64,000 bases of DNA from an uncultured bacterium (GTDB lineage Bacteria > Krumholzibacteriota > Krumholzibacteriia > Krumholzibacteriales > Krumholzibacteriaceae). Within the stretch, counting starts at the first letter, position 1. The number at the start of each line of letters is the position of its first letter. The DNA is taken from contig CAWJVO010000009.1 of NCBI GenBank assembly GCA_963846325.1, forward strand, positions 47,205-111,204, in the 5' to 3' direction. The position numbers and the translations under genes were made by a program. The notes beneath the pieces were generated by a model. The model was not told where the DNA came from. It made no database searches and worked only from the letters and a program-made list of their open reading frames with translations. This document shows positions 54,911 through 64,000 of the stretch, piece by piece.

Positions 54911-57331
54911 TCAATTGGCCGACTTGCGAAGCTGGCTCCCGAAGAATCCGCCGAGGTCGCGCCGGTGCTCGATTCCCCAGTCGAGCTTCTTCGTGAGCAC
55001 GTGCTCGAGCACCTGGTCCATCGATTCGGCCACGGCGATCTTCAGATTCTTGCGGACCTCCTCGGGGAGCTCCTTGATGTTCTTCTCGTTCCCCTTGGGG
55101 AGAATGATCTTCTTCACTCCCGCCCTGAGCGCGGCGACCGACTTCTCGTTGATGCCGCCCACGGGGAGCACTTTGCCGCGCAGCGTCACCTCTCCCGTCA
55201 TCGCGATGTCGCGATTCACCGGGATGTCGAAGAACGCCGAGATGAGCGCCGTCGCGATCGCGACTCCCGCGCTCGGGCCGTCCTTCGGAATGGCTCCCTC
55301 GGGCACGTGCACGTGCACGTCGATCGAGGAGAAGAAGTCGTTCTCGAGCGGAAGCATGCGGGCCTTGTTCCGCGCGAAGCTCAGCGCGATCTTTGCCGAT
55401 TCCTGCATGACCTCGCCGAGCTGTCCGGTGAGAATGAGCTCTCCCTTGCCCGGCATGAGCGTCACCTCGATGTTGAGGATCTCCCCCCCCACCTCGGTCC
55501 ACGCGAGCCCCGTGGTGACGCCGACCGATTCGCGCTCGTCGATCTCGCTGTCGGAGTACTTCGGGATGCCGAGGTAGCTCTCGAGATGTTTCCGCGTGAT
55601 CCTGATGATCCGCGAGACCTCCTGTTCCGGGCCCGAGGCGAGCTTGCGCGCGACCTTGCGGCATATGGACGCGAGCTCCCGCTCGAGGTTCCGGACTCCC
55701 GCCTCGCGCGTGTAGAGCCGTATGAGATCGGTCATCGTGCCGGTCGATATCCGCAGTTGGCCCTCCTTGATCCCGTGCGCCTTCATCTGCTTCGGGAGCA
55801 GGAATTTCTGCGCGATCGCGATCTTCTCGTGCAGGAGGTATCCCGGGAGCCGTATGACTTCCATGCGGTCCTGGAGCGCCGGCGGGATCGTGTACATCAC
55901 GTTCGCCGTCGTGATGAACATCACCTCGCTCAGGTCGAATTCGACCTCGAGGAAATGATCGCTGAAATGCTTGTTCTGGTCGGGGTCGAGCACCTCGAGA
56001 AGCGCCGCCGCGGGATCCCCCCGGAAGTCCGCCCCGAGCTTGTCGATCTCGTCGAGGAGAAACACGCAGTTCTTGCTCCCCGCCTTCCGCACCATCTGGA
56101 TGATGCGGCCGGGAAGAGAGCCGATATACGTCCGCCGATGCCCGCGGATCTCCGCTTCGTCCCGGATGCCCCCGAGGGAGATCCTGACGAAATTGCGCCC
56201 GACGGCGTCGGCGATCGAACGGCCGAGAGAGGTCTTCCCCACTCCCGGCGGGCCTACGAAGCACAGGATCGGGCCTCTGAGATTTCCGACGAGCTTCACG
56301 ACCGAGAGGAATTCGACGATGCGCTCCTTGACCTTGGCGAGGCCGTAATGATCGGCGTCGAGCTTCGCCTTCACCTGTTCGAGATCGAGGTTGTCGTGCG
56401 TCCGCTTGCGCCAGGGAAGCGACGTGAGCGTCTCGATGTAGTTCCGGACGACGGTCGCCTCCGGCGCCATCGGCGACATCATCTTGAGCCGGTCGAGCTC
56501 CCGGTACGCCATCTTCTCCGCCTCGCGGCTCATCCCCGCTTTCTTGATCTTCCGCTTGACGTCGGTGTACTCCTCGTATTCCTCCCCCTGGCCGAGCTCC
56601 TTCTTGATCGCCTTCATCTTCTCGTGGAGGAAGAGCTCCCGCTGGGTCTTCTGCACCTGGCTCGAAACCTTCTCGTCGATGTCCTTCTCGACCTTGAGGA
56701 GCTGGAGCTCCTCGGAGAGAATGCGGTGAAGCGCCATGAGGCGCTCCTCGACGTCGAACGCCTCGAGCAGCCGCTGCTTCTCGTCGTTGTGGACGAGGAG
56801 ATGCGCGGCGATCGTATCTGCGAGGACCGAGCGGTCCTCGATCGACTGGAGCGACAGGAGCACTTCGTTCGGAAGCCGCGGATTCATCCGCACGTAGTCG
56901 GTGAAGAGGTACTCGACGCGGCGCATGAGCGCCTCGAGCTCGCGCGTGTCGCGTTCGTCGATCTCGATCTCCTCGATGCGCGCGGCGAAGTAGTTGTCTT
57001 CCTCGAAATACTCGTGGATGCGCGCGCGGCTCACCCCCTCGAGCATGACCTTGATCGTCCCGTCGGGGAGATTGATGTGATGGAATATCTTCACGACCGT
57101 ACCGACGAGGAAGAGATCCTCGGGGCCCGGTTCGTTCACCGACGCGTTCTTCTGCGTGACGACGACGAGGTTCTTGTCGGTCTTGATCGCGCGCTCGACG
57201 GCGTTCACCGAAGGCTGCCGGCCGACGAGGATGGCCGTCGCCATCGACGGAAATATCACCACGTCGCGCAGGGGGATGAGCGGATAGACGCTCCCCCTCG
57301 CTTCGGTATCCTTATTGGAATTCGTTCTCAT
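54911..57331 (-). CDS. lon: ATP-dependent Lon protease
   Basis: The 806-aa protein has a LON N-domain, a Walker A motif (GPPGVGKTS) and the protease site DGPSAGVA. Confidence 0.97.
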   Translation of the reverse strand: MRTNSNKDTEARGSVYPLIPLRDVVIFPSMATAILVGRQPSVNAVERAIKTDKNLVVVTQKNASVNEPGPEDLFLVGTVVKIFHHINLPDGTIKVMLEGVSRARIHEYFEEDNYFAARIEEIEIDERDTRELEALMRRVEYLFTDYVRMNPRLPNEVLLSLQSIEDRSVLADTIAAHLLVHNDEKQRLLEAFDVEERLMALHRILSEELQLLKVEKDIDEKVSSQVQKTQRELFLHEKMKAIKKELGQGEEYEEYTDVKRKIKKAGMSREAEKMAYRELDRLKMMSPMAPEATVVRNYIETLTSLPWRKRTHDNLDLEQVKAKLDADHYGLAKVKERIVEFLSVVKLVGNLRGPILCFVGPPGVGKTSLGRSIADAVGRNFVRISLGGIRDEAEIRGHRRTYIGSLPGRIIQMVRKAGSKNCVFLLDEIDKLGADFRGDPAAALLEVLDPDQNKHFSDHFLEVEFDLSEVMFITTANVMYTIPPALQDRMEVIRLPGYLLHEKIAIAQKFLLPKQMKAHGIKEGQLRISTGTMTDLIRLYTREAGVRNLERELASICRKVARKLASGPEQEVSRIIRITRKHLESYLGIPKYSDSEIDERESVGVTTGLAWTEVGGEILNIEVTLMPGKGELILTGQLGEVMQESAKIALSFARNKARMLPLENDFFSSIDVHVHVPEGAIPKDGPSAGVAIATALISAFFDIPVNRDIAMTGEVTLRGKVLPVGGINEKSVAALRAGVKKIILPKGNEKNIKELPEEVRKNLKIAVAESMDQVLEHVLTKKLDWGIEHRRDLGGFFGSQLRKSAN

Positions 57332-57376
57332 TCGATTTCACCGCCGTTTGGATGAGGAAAGGCCGCCGGAAGGGCG

Positions 57377-58630
57377 CTACTGCGCCTTGAGCTCCCGGTC
57401 CTTGTCGAGGAACATCTGGGGCTCGTCCCGGTTGACGACCGTTTCCTCCGTTATGAGGATCTTGCGAACGTTGGGGTGTGAAGGAATATCGTACATGATG
57501 TGGAGCATCGTCTCCTCGATGATCGCGCGCAGGCCGCGCGCTCCCGTCTTGCGCTCCATCGCGAGCTTCGCGATCGACTGCAGCGCGGCGGGGGTGAACT
57601 CGAGCTCGACTTCCTCCATGTCGAAGAGCTTCCGGTACTGCTTGATGAGCGCGTTTTTCGGCTTGATCATGATATCCATGAGCGCCTGCTCGTCGAGGTC
57701 CTGGAGCGGGGCCACGATCGGGAGCCGTCCGACGAGCTCCGGTATCAATCCGTACTTGATGAGATCGTCCGGCTGGACGAACTTCAGAATCTCGCTCGAT
57801 TCCTTCTTGTAGCCCGGGCCGCGTTCGGCGCCGAAGCCGATGATCTTCTTGCCGACCCTCCGCTCGACGATCTCGTCGAGACCCTGGAAGGCGCCGCCGC
57901 ATATGAAGAGGATGTTCTTCGTGTTGACCTCGATGAACTTCTGCTGCGGGTGCTTGCGCCCCCCCTGCGGAGGCACGTTGGCGACGGTTCCCTCGAGGAT
58001 CTTGAGGAGCGCCTGCTGCACTCCCTCGCCGGAGACGTCCCGCGTGATCGAGGGGCTCTCGCTCTTGCGCGAGATCTTGTCGAGCTCGTCGATGTACACG
58101 ATGCCCCGCTCGGTCGCCGCGAGGTTGTAATCGGCGTTCTGGAGGAGCCTCACGAGAATGTTCTCGACGTCCTCCCCGACGTATCCGGCCTCGGTGAGAC
58201 ACGTCGCGTCGGCGATCGCGAAGGGGACCTTGAGAAACCGGGCGAGCGTCTGCGCGAGCAGGGTCTTTCCCACGCCGGTGGGCCCGAGGAGCAGGATGTT
58301 GCTCTTGTCGATCTCGACGTCGTCGGCCCGCCGTTCGTGGCGGATGCGCTTGTAATGGTTGTAGACGGCCACCGAAAGGACGATCTTCGCCTGCTCCTGC
58401 CCGATCACGTACTGGTCGATGAAGTCCTTTATTTCCTTCGGCTTCGGGAAATGATCGACGTCCCAGAGCATCGTCCCCGACATCTCTTCCTCGAGGATGT
58501 CGTTGCACAGCCTGATGCACTCGTTGCAAATGTATACGGAAGGCCCGGATACGAGCTTCGCGACCTCGTCCTGGCCCCTCCCGCAGAAGGAGCACCGTAT
58601 CGCTTTCGGAGCGAGCTGTTTCTTCTTCAT
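57377..58630 (-). CDS. clpX: ATP-dependent Clp protease ATP-binding subunit ClpX
   Basis: It has a zinc ribbon (CSFCG...CNEC), a P-loop (GPTGVGKT) and an IGF-loop region. Confidence 0.97.
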   Translation of the reverse strand: MKKKQLAPKAIRCSFCGRGQDEVAKLVSGPSVYICNECIRLCNDILEEEMSGTMLWDVDHFPKPKEIKDFIDQYVIGQEQAKIVLSVAVYNHYKRIRHERRADDVEIDKSNILLLGPTGVGKTLLAQTLARFLKVPFAIADATCLTEAGYVGEDVENILVRLLQNADYNLAATERGIVYIDELDKISRKSESPSITRDVSGEGVQQALLKILEGTVANVPPQGGRKHPQQKFIEVNTKNILFICGGAFQGLDEIVERRVGKKIIGFGAERGPGYKKESSEILKFVQPDDLIKYGLIPELVGRLPIVAPLQDLDEQALMDIMIKPKNALIKQYRKLFDMEEVELEFTPAALQSIAKLAMERKTGARGLRAIIEETMLHIMYDIPSHPNVRKILITEETVVNRDEPQMFLDKDRELKAQ

Positions 58631-58742
58631 TCGATTCTCCGCCCTTCCCTCGGGCTATATGCGGCCATTCACCATATTATACACTTTCGCCGCCCCGCGT
58701 GCCCCTAAAATCGGAATCGTTCCGGCGCCCCGCCGCCGCATC

Positions 58743-59363
58743 CTACCGTTTCAGCTCGCTTTTCGAGACGAGGATGCTGTCGACGATGCCGTATTCCTTC
58801 GCTTCCTCGGCCGACATGAAGAAATCCCGGTCGGTGTCCTTCGCGATTCTCTTGATATTCTGGTGCGTATGCTTGACCAGGATCTCGTTGAGCTTGGTCC
58901 GCAGGGTAACTATTTCTTTCGTATAGATTTCGAGGTTCGTCGCCTGCCCCTGGGTCCCGCCCGAGGGCTGGTGAATCATGACCCGCGCGTGCGGAAGCAC
59001 CGAGCGCTTCCCCGACTTCCCCGCGGCGAGGAGCACCGCAGCCATGCTCGCCGCCTGCCCCATGCAGATCGTCGCGACGTCGCACGAGATGTATTGCATC
59101 GTGTCGTAAATCGCGAGCCCGGCGGAGACCACGCCGCCCGGGCTGTTGATATAGATGAAGATGTCTCTCGTCGGATCCTCAGCTTCGAGGAACAGAAGCT
59201 GCGCGATGACGCTGTTCGCCAGCGTATCCTCGATCGCCGTCCCGATGAAGACGATGCGATCCTTGAGGAGCCGCGAATAGATGTCGTACGCCCGCTCCTC
59301 TCTCCCTCTCGTTTCGATGACGTACGGAATCGGTATGTACGCTGAATTGTAGATCTTCTCCAT
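58743..59363 (-). CDS. clpP: ATP-dependent Clp protease proteolytic subunit ClpP
   Basis: This is the 206-aa tail of track ORF 58743..60341, with INSPGG, GQAASMA and MIHQP. Confidence 0.95.
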   Translation of the reverse strand: MEKIYNSAYIPIPYVIETRGREERAYDIYSRLLKDRIVFIGTAIEDTLANSVIAQLLFLEAEDPTRDIFIYINSPGGVVSAGLAIYDTMQYISCDVATICMGQAASMAAVLLAAGKSGKRSVLPHARVMIHQPSGGTQGQATNLEIYTKEIVTLRTKLNEILVKHTHQNIKRIAKDTDRDFFMSAEEAKEYGIVDSILVSKSELKR

Positions 59364-59389
59364 TGCTTCCTCTCTTTTCGGGTCCGGTC

Positions 59390-60691
59390 TCAGGCGGCGC
59401 CGAGAATGATCTCGAATATCTTGCGTTCCCGGAGCCTGTTCCTGAGATTCGCGACCCGCTCGTGGTCCTTCATGAACAGCTTCTTGACCTCTTCGACCTG
59501 TCTGCCGTTCTCCTCGGCGATCTTCTGGAACTCGCCGTCCACCTCCGCATCCGAAACGTCGACGCTCTCCTTCTCGGCGATGCGCTCCATCACGAAGTAT
59601 CGCTTGATGTTCCTGAGGGCGACGCGGTCGAAGAACTCGTCGATCTGCTTCCGCTTTTCCTCGTCCGCCTCTTTCTCGACGCCGGCCGCCTCGCGCCTCC
59701 GCTCGTCCTCCGCGGTGAGCTCCTTCTTGAAGCGGTCCTGCATCGTTCGGGGGATATCGAACGGATTCCGCTCGATGATGAGATCGATCGCGCGCTCCTC
59801 GCGTTTCCTGCGCTCTTCCTTCACTTTCTCCTCGACGAGCTTCGCGCGGACATCTTCGCGCAGCTCGGCGAGAGTCTTGAATCTCGCATCGACCTTCGCG
59901 GCGAACTCGTCGTTCAGGAGCGGGATCTGCTTCTCGCGGACGTCGTTCACGCTGAACTCGTACCCGATCTTCTTTCCCGCGAGCCGGTCGGGCTTGTAGT
60001 CCGCCGGATAATCTACGTCGACCTTCCCCGACTCCCCGACCCGCTTGCCCTGAATCGCCTCTTCGAAAGACGGGAATATCTGTCCCGTGCCGAGCTCCAC
60101 GGGGTAGTTGTTCACGCGGCTCTTCACGTCCACGGTTCCGTCGCTCCCGATCGGGGTGAAATCGAGCGTCACCACGTCCCCCGCGGCGGCGGGACGATCG
60201 ACCTTGATGAAGTCGGCGGACCGCTCCTGCAGGTTCTTGATGACCTCCTCCACCTCTTCGTCGGTAACGGACTGCTCCTCCCCTTCGACCTTGATCCCGC
60301 GGTATTCTTCGATCTCGAACCGGGGGAATACCTCGATGCAAACCTTGAAGGAAAGAGGCTCGTCGCCGACGACCTTCACGTCCCGGAACTCCGGATCGCC
60401 GACCGGCTCCAGCCCGTGCTCCACGATGACGTGCTCGTAGGCGAGCGGCAGGATGCTGCGGATCGCCTCGGCCCGTATCTCGTCGGAAAGGCGCTTCTCC
60501 ACGATATCGACCGGCACCTTGCCCTTCCTGAAACCGGGAAGCGCCACCTCTTTCACCATTTCCTTGAGAACGCGCGAACGCTCTCCCTTGAACCGCTCAG
60601 GGGTTATCTCGACCGATATCACCCTTTGGCAGCCCTTCTCTTCCGCTATCTCGACCCGGATTTCGCTTTCGAGAAACTTCTTTTCCATCAT
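59390..60691 (-). CDS. tig: Trigger factor
   Basis: The 433-aa protein has GFRKGKVP (ribosome-binding loop) and an FKBP-like middle domain. The gene is part of tig-clpP-clpX-lon synteny. Confidence 0.9.
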   Translation of the reverse strand: MMEKKFLESEIRVEIAEEKGCQRVISVEITPERFKGERSRVLKEMVKEVALPGFRKGKVPVDIVEKRLSDEIRAEAIRSILPLAYEHVIVEHGLEPVGDPEFRDVKVVGDEPLSFKVCIEVFPRFEIEEYRGIKVEGEEQSVTDEEVEEVIKNLQERSADFIKVDRPAAAGDVVTLDFTPIGSDGTVDVKSRVNNYPVELGTGQIFPSFEEAIQGKRVGESGKVDVDYPADYKPDRLAGKKIGYEFSVNDVREKQIPLLNDEFAAKVDARFKTLAELREDVRAKLVEEKVKEERRKREERAIDLIIERNPFDIPRTMQDRFKKELTAEDERRREAAGVEKEADEEKRKQIDEFFDRVALRNIKRYFVMERIAEKESVDVSDAEVDGEFQKIAEENGRQVEEVKKLFMKDHERVANLRNRLRERKIFEIILGAA

Positions 60692-60744
60692 TCCCCCATG
60701 TCAGACCGAGCTGCCGAGAATCACCGACGCAAACCGATATTTCC

Positions 60745-60829
60745 TGGTGCGAGAGGGGGGATTTGAACCCCCACGAGTTTCCTCACTGGATCCTAAGTCC
60801 AGCGCGTATGCCAGTTCCGCCACTCTCGC
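60745..60829 (-). tRNA. tRNA-Leu (UAG), long variable arm
   Basis: The minus strand reads GCGAGAGTGGCGGAA...CTGGA-CTTAGGA-TCCAG-TGAGGAAACTCGT-GGGGGTTCAAATCCCCCCTCTCGCACCA. Confidence 0.9.
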
Positions 60830-60989
60830 GTGCCGATACGGGCCCTCACCGGAAAGGACCGCCATGCGAGCTTTCGATCAATTAAGAATCTTTACTCGCA
60901 TAACACGTAAATCTACTATGTGGCATGGCGATTTTCAAACGTATTCGAGCGAATAATGGGCGCTCCCCGCGCCCCTCGAATGGACGTTC

Positions 60990-61772
60990 CTAGCGCCCCC
61001 TGAATCCGGCCTCCCTCTTCTCGAGAAAGGCTTTCATGCCCTCTTTCATGTCCTCCGTGCCGCACGTCATGGCGAAGAGAGACGCCTCGTGCCGCAAGCC
61101 GTCCTCGAACGACATCTCCGTTCCGTGATTGATCGCTTCGATGCACGCCTTGAGCGAGAATGCGGGCTTCTTGAGAAAGATCCCGGCCATCTCGTCGACG
61201 GCCTTCGGGAAGTCCTCGGGAGAGGCCACCTTGTTGACGAGACCGAGTGCGAGCGCCTCCTGGGCCGACAGGATCCTGCCCGTCGTCACGAGCTCCATGG
61301 CGATCCCCCGGGGTATCAGGCGCGCGAGCCGCTGCGTGCCGCCGTAGCCGGGCATCGTGCCGAGATTGATCTCCGGGAGCCCGATCCGAGCCTTGTCCAC
61401 GGCGATGCGCACCGTGCACGCCAGGGCGAGCTCGCAGCCGCCGCCGAGCGCGAAGCCGTTTATCGCGGCTATGACGGGCTTTCCGAGATTCTCCATCAGG
61501 TTCGTCAGGCGCTGCCCCCGGGCGGCGTATTCCTTGCCTCCGAGCGGTTCGAGCTTGAGGAGCTCGCCGATGTCGGCGCCCGCCGCGAACGATTTCTCCC
61601 CCGCGCCGGTCAGTATCACGACACCCGCCTCATCGTCCTCCTTCATCTGCGTGAAGGCGGCGATGAGCTCGACCACGGTCTGGACGCTCAGCGCGTTGAG
61701 CTTGGCAGGCCGGTTGATCGTCACCTTTCCGATGCGCCCCGACCTTTCAACGAGCACGTTTTCGAATCCCAT
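60990..61772 (-). CDS. Enoyl-CoA hydratase/crotonase-family protein
   Basis: It has LNALS...GAGEKSFAAGADI...AINGFALGGGCELA. Confidence 0.85.
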   Translation of the reverse strand: MGFENVLVERSGRIGKVTINRPAKLNALSVQTVVELIAAFTQMKEDDEAGVVILTGAGEKSFAAGADIGELLKLEPLGGKEYAARGQRLTNLMENLGKPVIAAINGFALGGGCELALACTVRIAVDKARIGLPEINLGTMPGYGGTQRLARLIPRGIAMELVTTGRILSAQEALALGLVNKVASPEDFPKAVDEMAGIFLKKPAFSLKACIEAINHGTEMSFEDGLRHEASLFAMTCGTEDMKEGMKAFLEKREAGFRGR

Positions 61773-61884
61773 CTCCCGCTCCTTTCTCAGTATCCGGGCT
61801 ATTTAAAGACGCGGCGCGCGCCACTGTCAACAACAAACTGTTTCTTGACTTGCGCCGCGCTATTCGGTTATCCATTGTTCAATT

Positions 61885-64000
61885 ATGAACGTGGTCAATC
61901 AGAGATCTCTCCCGATCGCCGCGGGTCTGGCCGCGCTTGTCATGCTCGCTTCCTTCCCGGCGCGCTCGATCGCTCCGCAGGGGGGCGACGTCCTCAAGCA
62001 GCAGCTTCTTCGCTATCTCGAGAGCGGCGCCCAGAGCGCCGCGCTCGCTCCGGGCCAGCCGCTCCACCCGCTCCGCGTATATCCGATCACCGCGACGACC
62101 GCGTTTCTCCTTCTCGAAAACGATCCGCTGCCTCTCAGGAGATTCTACCCCGACATATCCCGGAACGTCATGCAGCTCTTCACGGATCAGAACCTCGAGG
62201 GCGGCCTCGTCAAGGGCATGCCGGGCGCGCCGCCGAAAAGCGGTTCGAATCTCTCCCCGGGCTTCAACGCCCTCGCCGCGCTCGAGCTCTACAGCCTTCA
62301 CCTCGTCGCATGGAAGACGGGGGCGTACGAGGACGCGCTCGAATTCAATTCCTGGTCCCGCTCGCTATCGGACCTCGTCACGCGGGGGTTCTACGATCCG
62401 GAGCGCGAGTGCTTCTATCCCGTCGACGCCGGCGGCAGGTTCGTCGCGGCTCACCATCCGGGACAGCTGCTGCCCCTCGTCGCCGACCGAAGCCTCGGCC
62501 GATTCGCTCGCGAGAGAATCGCGGCCCGGTACGCGCGCGCGCCGGATTCGCAGATGAAAGCGGCCGATGTCGGAGACCCCTGGGCCAATTCCACCATGCG
62601 GTTCATGCTGCTCGATCTCCTCTCCGCCGCGGTGCCGGAGGATGGCGATCTTTTCGCGTCGCTCCGCGCCTCGGCCGTCGCCGGCTTGAGCGCGGCGGGA
62701 ACGGGACAGGCCGTCTGGACCGATTACTGGCGGGAGAATCGCACGGTCGCGAACCGCCTCTTCCCGCGCTGGAAGACCATCTCGCCTCTCGTCAACCTCA
62801 CGCTCCTCTTCGAACGGGACGGGCTGCTGCAGCCCAAGGAGCTCGCCGGCATGCGTTCCGGAATCGATTCACTCGTCAAGGCGCTCTCCGGAGAGGGAAT
62901 GAGCCTCGACTCGTACAAGGACGCCGTCGGCGCCGCGAACCGCATGCTCGCGGGATACTCGCGTTTTTCGGAGCTCCTCGATTCGCCGAAGGAAAGCTGG
63001 AGGGTCATCGACGGGGCGAAGTGGCGGCGGATGTCCCCCCGGGTAAAGCGACTCATCATGGAGACGCTCGCCGGCGCCCCGGCCGATCTCGCCGCCGCCA
63101 AGGCGGATCTCTCCGCGAGGCTCGAGCGGGAATGCGGCATCGCGTTCAGGCTCGGCCTGCCCGAGACGACCGTTCCCCGGGGCTCGACGGTGAAATTCAC
63201 CGCGTCCCTCCGCGCGCTGCGCGATACACTCGAGGCATCCAGGTTTTATCTCCAAATCGGCGATCGGCGATGGAAGATCGGCGAGACCGATCGCGGCGTC
63301 ATCCTGACGCCGAACGGCGAGCGCTTCGTCCATACGGGTGAAATATCTCTTCCGCCTTCGACCGAGCCCGGCGTCGTCACGCTCGGCGCATCGATCGAGT
63401 TCCTCCATGAAGGGCGAATGGTCGAGATCCGCAACGTCGAAAGCGTCGCCGTGACGAGGGAATTCGACGCCGTGCTCGACCTGCCCGACGGAAGAAGGAT
63501 CGGCAGGAAGCCGCTCCGCCTCGCTCTCGCGCTCAGGTGCAGGACCGACCGCGACCTCCAGGGAACGGTCGACGGCGCGATTCTCCGGGAGTTCTCGACG
63601 GTGCCGCCGCTGCCCGCCCGCTTTCAGGTGCGCGCCGATTCGGAGCGCACCGATCTCGAAATCGCGATCGCCCCGAAAGGCATGATATCCCCGGGACGCT
63701 ATCCCTTCTCGCTCACCGTCGCGCTCGACGGCAAGCCCGTCGCGCTGTTCAAGGAAAGCGTCGTTCGCCCGTTCAACTGGCTCCACCTCGGAACCCTCGC
63801 GAAACCGGACGAACCGCTCAGGAACGCCGTCTCGTTCCAGAGCGATCTATTCAAACCCTACCCCGCTTCCGACGGCCGCGAGCTGCGGTGGAGCGAGGTT
63901 CCCGCGAGCGCGATCGACAACGAAGGCTCCCTCCAGCCCTCCCGGCTCTACGGGAAGGCGCCGGGCGGCTGCGCCCTGTTCTACACGGTCGTCGACGCGC
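61885..64000 (+). CDS. Secreted hypothetical protein, 3'-truncated by the window edge (not in the ORF track)
   Basis: By hand translation, the ATG at 61885 opens a frame with no stop through 64000: MNVVNQRSLPIAAGLAALVMLASFPARSIAPQGGDVLKQQLLRYLES.... The codons are GC3-rich and the composition is protein-like. The listed ORFs overlapping this region are Arg/Pro-rich artefacts. Confidence 0.6.
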   Translation, partial: MNVVNQRSLPIAAGLAALVMLASFPARSIAPQGGDVLKQQLLRYLESGAQSAALAPGQPLHPLRVYPITATTAFLLLENDPLPLRRFYPDISRNVMQLFTDQNLEGGLVKGMPGAPPKSGSNLSPGFNALAALELYSLHLVAWKTGAYEDALEFNSWSRSLSDLVTRGFYDPERECFYPVDAGGRFVAAHHPGQLLPLVADRSLGRFARERIAARYARAPDSQMKAADVGDPWANSTMRFMLLDLLSAAVPEDGDLFASLRASAVAGLSAAGTGQAVWTDYWRENRTVANRLFPRWKTISPLVNLTLLFERDGLLQPKELAGMRSGIDSLVKALSGEGMSLDSYKDAVGAANRMLAGYSRFSELLDSPKESWRVIDGAKWRRMSPRVKRLIMETLAGAPADLAAAKADLSARLERECGIAFRLGLPETTVPRGSTVKFTASLRALRDTLEASRFYLQIGDRRWKIGETDRGVILTPNGERFVHTGEISLPPSTEPGVVTLGASIEFLHEGRMVEIRNVESVAVTREFDAVLDLPDGRRIGRKPLRLALALRCRTDRDLQGTVDGAILREFSTVPPLPARFQVRADSERTDLEIAIAPKGMISPGRYPFSLTVALDGKPVALFKESVVRPFNWLHLGTLAKPDEPLRNAVSFQSDLFKPYPASDGRELRWSEVPASAIDNEGSLQPSRLYGKAPGGCALFYTVVDA

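Noticed and set aside
54716-57355. An 879-aa plus-strand ORF opposite lon, plus similar long shadows at 33785..35683, 23610..25286, 57500..58708 and 59363..60766
   Set aside because: Each is antisense to a confidently identified gene: lon, the metallopeptidase, the transglutaminase protein, clpX and tig respectively.
61089-63341. A 750-aa plus-strand ORF, the longest listed in this region
   Set aside because: Its first 680 nt are antisense to a well-supported crotonase gene. Its translation is Arg/Pro/Gly-rich with no motifs. It is out of frame with the protein-like ORF that starts at 61885. It is a typical high-GC shadow ORF.

Overview
GC-rich bacterial chromosome segment. Third codon positions are mostly G/C, so most long ORFs in the track are antisense or out-of-frame artefacts. 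I support about 55 protein genes, 3 tRNAs, 3 intrinsic terminators and 6 sigma70-like promoters; all calls come from reading the translations and the DNA by eye, with no searches run. Layout from left to right: (i) 95-9378 (-) is one co-directional hdrCBA-mvhDGA-endopeptidase-hypABCD module, a group-3c [NiFe] hydrogenase/heterodisulfide-reductase-type bifurcating complex plus its maturation genes. (ii) 9.6-25 kb is an envelope and secreted-protein region: TPR and GWxTD lipoproteins, EamA, DUF116-like, HD-GYP, nitroreductase, TonB-like, FG-GAP-like, GGT and a propeller-transglutaminase. (iii) 25-35 kb holds ychF-archease-rtcB, a secreted 4xYHS protein, H+/Na+-pyrophosphatase, tdh-kbl and a gluzincin peptidase. 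(iv) 35.9-40.9 kb is a trehalose cluster (sensor-fused otsA, otsB, a duplicated-module protein, treT). (v) 41.5-49 kb holds tRNA-Glu, a DnaE-like protein, a GAF-PP2C phosphatase, a Kv-type K+ channel and a ~50x 12-residue-repeat protein. (vi) 49-51.1 kb is a visibly lower-GC islet next to tRNA-Lys. (vii) 51-62 kb is housekeeping: purA, class-V aminotransferase, engB, lon, clpX, clpP, tig, tRNA-Leu, crotonase. (viii) An ORF absent from the track runs off the right edge. The most interesting observations are these. First, an in-frame TGA sits exactly at the second Cys of the N-terminal RxCGxC nickel motif of the hydrogenase large subunit, with a hairpin downstream, making it a candidate selenocysteine at a non-canonical ligand position. 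Second, a short C-terminal tag, [ST]W[GT]x[IL]KS[LIM][FY], is shared by five signal-peptide proteins of three unrelated families. Third, the DnaE-like protein lacks all three catalytic carboxylates but keeps the PHP motifs and a QISLF clamp motif. Fourth, a TM-sensor-HAMP module is fused to trehalose-6-P synthase. No CRISPR array, transposase, integrase or rRNA was seen. The taxon cannot be determined; the content suggests an uncultivated anaerobe.
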